DNA of 40,193 nucleotides. Origin: an uncultured Elusimicrobia bacterium (lineage in GTDB: Bacteria > Elusimicrobiota > Elusimicrobia > UBA1565 > UBA9628). Of this stretch, positions 34,244 to 40,193 are shown piece by piece; the stretch's first letter is position 1; each line of letters begins with the position of its first letter. Where the stretch lies: positions 1 to 40,193 of the forward strand of contig CAYVFO010000006.1 of assembly GCA_964450975.1 (NCBI GenBank), read 5' to 3'. A program made the position numbers and the translations under genes. The notes below the pieces were generated by a model. That model searched no databases, had not been told where the DNA came from, and saw nothing but the letters and a program-made list of their open reading frames with translations.

Positions 34244-37071
34244 GCCAGGACCGCGCGGACCTTCTCGGTCAGGTCCTTCGAGGAGAACGGCTTCTGCAGG
34301 TAGGCGAGCCCCCCCGCGGGCGCCTCGCGATCGAGGTAGCCCGAGATGCAGAGGACCCTCAGTTCCGGATGAGCGGCGCGCGCCTTCTCGACGAGCTCGA
34401 AGCCGCCCATGCCGGGCATCACGACGTCGGTGATGAGGAGGCGGACCGAGGGCTCCTTCGCGAGGAGCTCGAGGGCGCCGCGGCCGTCGTCCGCCTCGAG
34501 CACCCGGAAGCCGGCCGCGCTCAGGACGCGCGCCGCGACCTGACGGATCGGCTTGTCGTCGTCGACGAGAACGAGCGTCCCGAAGCCTCGCGCCGAGCCG
34601 CCGGCGGGAGCCGACCTCTCGCCGAGCGGCTTGTCGGTCAGAGGCAGAAGGACCTCGAACGTCGAGCCTCCGCCGAGGACGCTGCGCACGCGCAGGCAGC
34701 CGCCGCTCTGCTTGACGATGCCGTGCACCGTCGAGAGGCCGAGGCCCGTGCCTTCGCCCTTGGGCTTCGTCGTGAAGAACGGCTCGAAGAGGCGGCGGCG
34801 CGTCTCCTCCGTCATTCCGGATCCCGTGTCGGCGACCGCCAGCGCGGCGTACTCGCCGGCCGGCACGCCGAGCGGCTCGGCCGCCGCCGCAGGGAGGAGC
34901 GCGCGACCCAGCGAGATCGTGAGCGTGCCGCCCTTGGGCATGGCGTCGCGCGCGTTGACGCTGAGATTGAGCAGCACCTGCTCCATTTGCCCGCGATCGA
35001 CGAGGCAATGCAGGGGCTCATCGCCCGGCTTCACGACGACCTTGATGTGCTCGCCGATGAGGCGGGCCAGCATCTTCTCCATCTCGCGGGCGACGCCGCG
35101 CAGGTCGAGCACCACCGGCGTCAGCGCCTGCTTGCGGCTGAACGCGAGCAGTTGGCGCGTCAGGCTCGCGGCGCGGTGCGACGTCGCGATGATCTGCGCG
35201 ACGTCCTCCTTGCGCTCGTCCTCCGGCGGCATCGTCATGTGGACGAGCTCCGCGAAGCCGAGGATCGCCGTCAGGAGGTTGTTGAAGTCGTGCGCGACGC
35301 CGCCGGAGAGGCGGCCCATCGCGTCGATCTTCTGCGTCTGATGAAGCTCCGCCTGCAAGCGGTCGCGCGAGGACATGTCGGTCATCATAGCCAAGGTACC
35401 CGCCGGCTCGCCGCCGGGGCCGCGCACGACGCTCGCCGAGACGAAGACGGGGACGGACGCGCCGTCGCGCCGCTTGATGCGCAGATCGAACTGCTGGGTC
35501 TCGCCGGTCTTCATGCGCTCGTCGCGCCGCGCGGCCGTCGCCGCCTCGTCCTCGGGGAACAGCAGGACCCGGACCTGCTGACCGACGAGCTCCGATTCCT
35601 TCCAGCCGGCGAGGGCGCACAGCTTGGGATTGGCGAAGGTGATCCGGCCCGCGGCGTCGGCCATCAGGATGCCCTCTTCGGAGGTCTCGACTATGCCGCG
35701 GTAGCGCGCCTCGCTCGCCGCCCGGGCGGCCTGAGCGATGCGCCCTTCGAGCGCCACCCGCAGCATGCGCGCGAGCGTCTCGAGCAGCTGCTTTTCCTCG
35801 AGGAAGAACGGGCCGACCGCATCGGCGTCTCGCGGCTCGAGATACACGACCTCGATGAATCCGTCGCCGCCGCCCTCGACGACGAACGGCTGCTTGAGCT
35901 TCCACTCCGTTTCCCGGAAGCCGGGAGTCTCGGCGGCGGCGTCTCCGAAGGCGACCCTCGCCCGCGTGATGTCCGGGTACTGGAACGCCGCCGGCAGCAG
36001 CGCGACGAGACCCGCCAGCACGCCCGGGACGTCGAGCGACTCGTCGCGCAGAACGCTCGAGGCGGCGGTGAGCGCGGTCAGCTCCTTGATGCGCTCCGCG
36101 TTCGAAAGGAACAGCCGGCGTCTCTCCGTGACGTCGCGCACCATGCCGACGACGAACGCGGGCGCGCCGCTCTCCGCGCTGGCGGCTTCGGCCGCGCCTT
36201 CCATGTGGCGGACGGCCCCGTCGGGACGGATGATGCGGTACTCGGCCGACGACTTGAGCTTTTCGCCCTTCACCACGGAGTCGAGCGCCGCGGAAACGCC
36301 GGCGAAATCCTCGGGATGAACGCGGGCCGTCCAATCCTTGAACGATATGCCGCGGTCATCCGGAACCGGGAGGCCGAGCAGATCGAAGGCCCGGGCGTCG
36401 CCGCGGAAGATTCCCCGCGCGACGTCGAGCTCCCAGACGGCGATTCCGCCGGCGTCGAGCGCGAGGGAGAGGCGGCTCTCCGCCCGTCGCCGCTCGGCGA
36501 GCTCCGAGCCCGCGCGCCCGAGCGCCTCGCGGATCGACTCCGAGGCGAGCCGTCCCACGATCAGCGCGAAGCCCGTGTACATGGTCTGAAGCAGCCAGTA
36601 CATGTAGGCGTTGAAGCGCAGGCGAGGCTGGAGGAATCCGATCATTTCGCCGTGCGCGAGCGCGAAAGTGATCGCCGCGCAGACGACCGCCGTCGCGATT
36701 CCCGCGCGCGCGCCGAGGACGAGGTCGGCGATGAGAACGTAGACCAGGAAGTACGCGACGCCCGGGCTGTGCAGGCCGCCGGTCAGAAAGGCGACGTACG
36801 ACGAGCGTCCGATGAAGCCGGCGATGAGGAGCACGCCCGCCGTCCTCGTCCAGCCTCTCCGGTTGAGCTCGAGCATGCCGAGGCACAGGACGAAGGTGAG
36901 GCTCAAGCTCTGGGCGACCTGGCCCTGCATGCCCTGCTGCGCGAAGAGCGAGCTTCCGAGGAAGACGGTTCTCGTGGCGAACACGGCCCAGCAGACGCGG
37001 TGGAAGATCCGGGCCTGCCGCCTCTTGTCCTCGTCCGCGAAGTACGGCGCCGATATAAATCCCCGCAGCAT
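34240..37071 (-). CDS. Membrane hybrid sensor kinase (TM - PAS - PAS - HisKA - HATPase - REC), CckA-like
   Basis: VHPED PAS motif, GGVAHDFNNLLT, NARDAM, DTGSG, FEPFFTTK, GTGLGL, LLITDVVMP, LQKPF; start ATG 37071 or TTG 37080. Confidence 0.93.
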   Translation of the reverse strand: MLRGFISAPYFADEDKRRQARIFHRVCWAVFATRTVFLGSSLFAQQGMQGQVAQSLSLTFVLCLGMLELNRRGWTRTAGVLLIAGFIGRSSYVAFLTGGLHSPGVAYFLVYVLIADLVLGARAGIATAVVCAAITFALAHGEMIGFLQPRLRFNAYMYWLLQTMYTGFALIVGRLASESIREALGRAGSELAERRRAESRLSLALDAGGIAVWELDVARGIFRGDARAFDLLGLPVPDDRGISFKDWTARVHPEDFAGVSAALDSVVKGEKLKSSAEYRIIRPDGAVRHMEGAAEAASAESGAPAFVVGMVRDVTERRRLFLSNAERIKELTALTAASSVLRDESLDVPGVLAGLVALLPAAFQYPDITRARVAFGDAAAETPGFRETEWKLKQPFVVEGGGDGFIEVVYLEPRDADAVGPFFLEEKQLLETLARMLRVALEGRIAQAARAASEARYRGIVETSEEGILMADAAGRITFANPKLCALAGWKESELVGQQVRVLLFPEDEAATAARRDERMKTGETQQFDLRIKRRDGASVPVFVSASVVRGPGGEPAGTLAMMTDMSSRDRLQAELHQTQKIDAMGRLSGGVAHDFNNLLTAILGFAELVHMTMPPEDERKEDVAQIIATSHRAASLTRQLLAFSRKQALTPVVLDLRGVAREMEKMLARLIGEHIKVVVKPGDEPLHCLVDRGQMEQVLLNLSVNARDAMPKGGTLTISLGRALLPAAAAEPLGVPAGEYAALAVADTGSGMTEETRRRLFEPFFTTKPKGEGTGLGLSTVHGIVKQSGGCLRVRSVLGGGSTFEVLLPLTDKPLGERSAPAGGSARGFGTLVLVDDDKPIRQVAARVLSAAGFRVLEADDGRGALELLAKEPSVRLLITDVVMPGMGGFELVEKARAAHPELRVLCISGYLDREAPAGGLAYLQKPFSSKDLTEKVRAVLA

Positions 37072-37091
37072 GATTCGCAACTCTACATTTT

Positions 37092-37487
37092 TTACGCTTT
37101 ACCCCGCTCTCCGAGCGCGTCGCGCAGGAGCCCCATCAGCGCGGAGAGCTCGTAGGGCTTGGCGAGGTAGGCGAACGCGCCGAGCTCCGCGGCCCGGACG
37201 GCGCTGAGCGCGGCGGGGACTCCCGTCGTCATGACGGCCGCCATCTTCGGCTGCTCGCGCTTGAGCCGCTCGAGGAGCTCGATTCCGTTCATGCCCGGCA
37301 TCACGAGGTCGAGGATCGCCGCGTCGATCTTCTCCTTCCGGGCGATCGCCAGCGCCCTTACCCCGTTCGCCGCCTGGCGGGGGCGGTAGCCGCGCCGCTT
37401 CAGGGCGATGACGAGCAGGTCCCGAAGCGCCCTCTCGTCGTCCACCACGAGGACCACCGGGCCCGGAGCCTCCTTCGCGGCGCTCAA
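37092..37487 (-). CDS. Single-domain response regulator
   Basis: LVVDDE, AILDLVMP, YLAKPY; TTG overlaps the upstream stop. Confidence 0.88.
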   Translation of the reverse strand: MSAAKEAPGPVVLVVDDERALRDLLVIALKRRGYRPRQAANGVRALAIARKEKIDAAILDLVMPGMNGIELLERLKREQPKMAAVMTTGVPAALSAVRAAELGAFAYLAKPYELSALMGLLRDALGERGKA

Positions 37488-37888
37488 CGGCTCCTCCGGC
37501 GCAGCAAGGCCTCGATGCGGGAGACGAGCTCGTCGAGGCGGAACGGCTTGGCCACGTAGTCGTCGGCGCCGTTGTCGAGCGCGCGGAGCTCGTCTTCGGC
37601 GGCGCCGAGACCGCTCAGCATGAGGACGGGGATGTTCCGGGTCGCGGGATCGCGGCGGATGTCCGCGCAGACCGAGCAGCCGTCGGGGCCGGGCATGCGC
37701 ACGTCGAGAATGACGAGGTCCGGCTTCATGGTGCGGGCGAACTCGAGCCCCTTGATTCCGTCCTGCGCGACGGCCGCGCGCATGCCGACGGCGCCCGCGA
37801 GCTGCGTGAGCACGCGGCGCACGCCCGCGTTGTCGTCGATGATGAGCACGAGAGGCTCGGCCGTCGCGACTTCGAAGTTGGTCTTCAT
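37484..37888 (-). CDS. Single-domain response regulator
   Basis: IIDDN, DLVILDVRMP, GADDYVAKPF. Confidence 0.9.
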   Translation of the reverse strand: MKTNFEVATAEPLVLIIDDNAGVRRVLTQLAGAVGMRAAVAQDGIKGLEFARTMKPDLVILDVRMPGPDGCSVCADIRRDPATRNIPVLMLSGLGAAEDELRALDNGADDYVAKPFRLDELVSRIEALLRRRSR

Positions 37889-37905
37889 TCCATTCCCCCT
37901 TGAGA

Positions 37906-38784
37906 TCAGATGCCGCAGTTCTGCGCCAGCGTGTACGCCTTCCCGTCGATCGCGACGAAGCGCTTCGTCTCCGCGGGCGTCAGGGCCGGCACGCGCGGCT
38001 GGGCGAAATACGCCTTCATGCGGTCGTAAAACTCCTGCTTGAGCTCCGGGTCGGAGATCGTCGAGCCGGGGTTCACCTTGAGCGTGCGGGGGTCGAGGCC
38101 GTCCTTGAGCTTGCGCGCCCAGTAGCGGGCCTTGAGCTCGAGGATCTCCGACTCCAGCTTGTCGACGGTCGTCGCGGCGTTGTCGCAGTCGCGGTAAGAG
38201 AACGGCTTCTCGTCGGCCAGGGCGTCGCGGAGCGCGAGCTCGCCCTCGGTGATGATCGTCGGCGCCTCGACCGTGAACTCGGGAGCGGGCACGACGATCG
38301 CCATGTCGAACCAGTCGCGGTCGGCGCGGCGCTCGCTGGCGGCGATGATGACGCCGGTCTCGACGTCGATGAGGCGGGCGTTGACGACGACCTCCCGCCC
38401 GAGGGTCACGAAGCTGCCGGTGACCACGCCCTGCGCGGAGAGGACCTTGCCGAGCCTCTTGAGGGTGGCGGGATCGAAGACGCCGGTGCGGCCGAGGTCG
38501 TGCTCCTCGAGCAGAGTCTTGAGCATCGAGCGCTCGAGCGTCTGCACTTTGCCGGTGCGGACGAGCTGGGTGACGATCTTCTCGGAGATGTTCCAGCCGT
38601 CGCGGTTGGCGCTGCCGTCCGCCGCGATGAACGGCATCACCGCGACGCGGGAAACGCCGGACTTCTTGGCCTGCGCGGCGAGCTCGCCCGCCAGCGCCTT
38701 GTAGCCGTCGGCGCGGGCCGGCGCCGCCGCGAGAACCGCCAGGATCAGGGAAGCGATCATAAACCCTCCGAGCTTTTGCTTCAT
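37906..38784 (-). CDS. Exported protein with FlgO/CsgG/TolB-N-like domain
   Basis: Signal peptide; RVAVMPF, LERS.L..LL.E, LGK.L.A..VVTGS, VNARLIDVETG.I. Confidence 0.82.
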   Translation of the reverse strand: MKQKLGGFMIASLILAVLAAAPARADGYKALAGELAAQAKKSGVSRVAVMPFIAADGSANRDGWNISEKIVTQLVRTGKVQTLERSMLKTLLEEHDLGRTGVFDPATLKRLGKVLSAQGVVTGSFVTLGREVVVNARLIDVETGVIIAASERRADRDWFDMAIVVPAPEFTVEAPTIITEGELALRDALADEKPFSYRDCDNAATTVDKLESEILELKARYWARKLKDGLDPRTLKVNPGSTISDPELKQEFYDRMKAYFAQPRVPALTPAETKRFVAIDGKAYTLAQNCGI

Positions 38785-38790
38785 GCTCGC

Positions 38791-38844
38791 AGGATAGCCG
38801 GATCGGCTTGCGGGGCGTTTAGGCCGGACTTAATTCGCGCTTAA
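38791..38844 (-). promoter_or_regulatory. Triple direct repeat (11-bp period) plus -10, OmpR/PhoB-box-like
   Basis: TTAAG-N6-TTAAG-N6-CTAAA-N21-TATCCT-N6-ATG on the minus strand. Confidence 0.7.
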
Positions 38845-38860
38845 GGGCGCGGGCGGGAGC

Positions 38861-39553
38861 TCAGCTCTGGAACTTGTAGCCGAGGCCGGGCGAGTTGACG
38901 ATGCGCTTGCCGAACTTGGCGCCCAGCTTCTTGCGCAGGTGGGAGACGTGCACCTCGACGGTGCCGGGATCGTTGTAGTCGGCGGGATCGTAGCCCCAGA
39001 CCGTCTCGAGCAGGTACGGAATGGACAGCACGCGGCCGGCCTTCTCGATGAGCGCCGCGAGGTGATCGAACTCCTTGCGCGTGAGCGACACCGGCTTGCC
39101 CGAGACCGTCACGGTGCGCCCCGCCGGGTCGAGCTCGATGCCGGACTTCTTGAGCTTGTCGTCGATCCCGGCGCTCGCCTTGTAGCGGCGCAGCACCGCC
39201 TCGAGGCGGGCGCCCAGAACGGGCAGCGAGAACGGCTTCACGACGTAGTCGTCGGCCCCGCCCGAGAAGCCGGCCAGCTGGTCCTTCTCGCCGATGTGGG
39301 CGCCCGACATGATGACGACCGGGATCGACTGGGTCGCCGCTTCCTTCTTAAGGACGCGGCAAACGGCCACGCCGTCGAGGCCGGGCATGTCGACGTCGAC
39401 GAGGATCAGGTCGGGGCGAGACTCCCGCACGAGCATCAGGGCCTCGGAGCCGTTGTCGGTGACGACGACGGCGAAGCCCTTGGCGGAGAAATATTTGCGG
39501 ATGAGAGTCAGGATCGCCTTGTCGTCGTCCACCGCGAGAATCTTCTGGGGCAT
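38861..39553 (-). CDS. OmpR/PhoB-family response regulator (230 aa)
   Basis: MPQKILAVDDD, DLILVD, GADDYVVKPF, LTRKEF, TVEVHVSHLRKKL, GLGYKF; TACAAT upstream. Confidence 0.93.
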   Translation of the reverse strand: MPQKILAVDDDKAILTLIRKYFSAKGFAVVVTDNGSEALMLVRESRPDLILVDVDMPGLDGVAVCRVLKKEAATQSIPVVIMSGAHIGEKDQLAGFSGGADDYVVKPFSLPVLGARLEAVLRRYKASAGIDDKLKKSGIELDPAGRTVTVSGKPVSLTRKEFDHLAALIEKAGRVLSIPYLLETVWGYDPADYNDPGTVEVHVSHLRKKLGAKFGKRIVNSPGLGYKFQS

Positions 39554-39587
39554 CGCAGGCTGATTGTAGCCTGACTTGACGACAATA

Positions 39588-40193
39588 TCAACGCTTCCAA
39601 AGATAATCGGAGAGGGCGCCGGCGGCTTCGGAGCCGGCCTGACGTCCCGCGGTCTCGCCCGCGACCGAAGCCGCGGCGAGCGCGTCGGTGTCGAGACCCG
39701 CGGCCTCGGCGGCGCGCTCGGCGACGGCGGCGCCCCCCTCCTCGCGCACCGTGACGGACACGCGCGCACGGCTCGAGACGAACGGCGCGACGCGGGCGTC
39801 GCGGACCGTTCCGGCGCCGACGCGGGCGCTCGCCACGAAATCGGCCTTTCCGTCCACGACCGTGAAGCCTCCCTCGATGAACGCGCGCCGCAGCGCGGCG
39901 CCCGCGGGCCCCTGCGCCTCGACGCGCACCGTCGCGTCGGCCGGCGGAGGCACGGCTTCTCCCTCTTCCGCCCGGCGCACCCTCACCTTCAAGGTCACGA
40001 CGCGCTGGCCGTCCTGGACTCGCTCTCCGGTCACGCGCCACTCCTCGGCCTTGCCGCGCGCGGCGGTCCAGATCCGGCGGCGGACCGCGATGGAGGCCTC
40101 GACCTTCGTCCGGGCCGCGACTTCGACTCCGAGCGCCTTCTCGACCGCGCGCTTGAGCCCGTCCGCGATCGCCCGCTCCCGGGCCCCCGGCCC
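39588..40193 (-). CDS. Hypothetical protein, 5' end outside the window; FlgT N-terminal-like segment
   Basis: Frame is open to the window edge: ARERAIADGLKRAVEKALGVEV...VVTLKVRV resembles FlgT-N/LPP20-type domains. Confidence 0.7.
   Translation of the reverse strand, partial: GPGARERAIADGLKRAVEKALGVEVAARTKVEASIAVRRRIWTAARGKAEEWRVTGERVQDGQRVVTLKVRVRRAEEGEAVPPPADATVRVEAQGPAGAALRRAFIEGGFTVVDGKADFVASARVGAGTVRDARVAPFVSSRARVSVTVREEGGAAVAERAAEAAGLDTDALAAASVAGETAGRQAGSEAAGALSDYLWKR

Noticed and set aside
37906-40193. Flagellar gene cluster (FlgO-like and FlgT-like domains)
   Set aside because: These domain families are widespread outside flagella and no core flagellar genes are present.

Overview
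GC-rich bacterial chromosomal window of about 38 CDSs and one tRNA, with no transposase, integrase, phage gene or CRISPR array that I can see. The lineage cannot be fixed from this window; the gene style suggests an Elusimicrobiota-like organism (inference only). The left third holds the most unusual material: three minus-strand genes (<1-1168, 1233-9323, 12053-14782) that each begin with a signal peptide and a similar Ala/Pro/Ser/Leu-rich leader but then carry normally cytoplasmic catalytic domains. These are a putative amidoligase-like domain; an M50 site-2 protease plus five propeptide-like repeats plus a ClpB-type double AAA+ module in a 2696-aa giant; and a JAB/MPN metallo-motif plus a CheR-like methyltransferase. 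All three have the same palindrome (TRGGYC-N4-GNCCC) 23-24 bp upstream of a sigma70-type -10 box, suggesting a co-regulated set of exported effectors. An HspR-like MerR gene lies upstream of the giant. The rest encodes mgtE, an RluA-family synthase, NCS2/MFS/LysE transporters, hydrolases, a secreted beta-propeller/Ig/caspase protein, an initiator-type tRNA-Met, ppiC and a dense signalling cluster whose two convergent operons share identical triple direct-repeat promoters. A ~65-nt structured element occurs twice (after the tRNA and after ppiC) and is a candidate sRNA. Many genes appear leaderless, with a -10 box 6-7 nt before the start codon.
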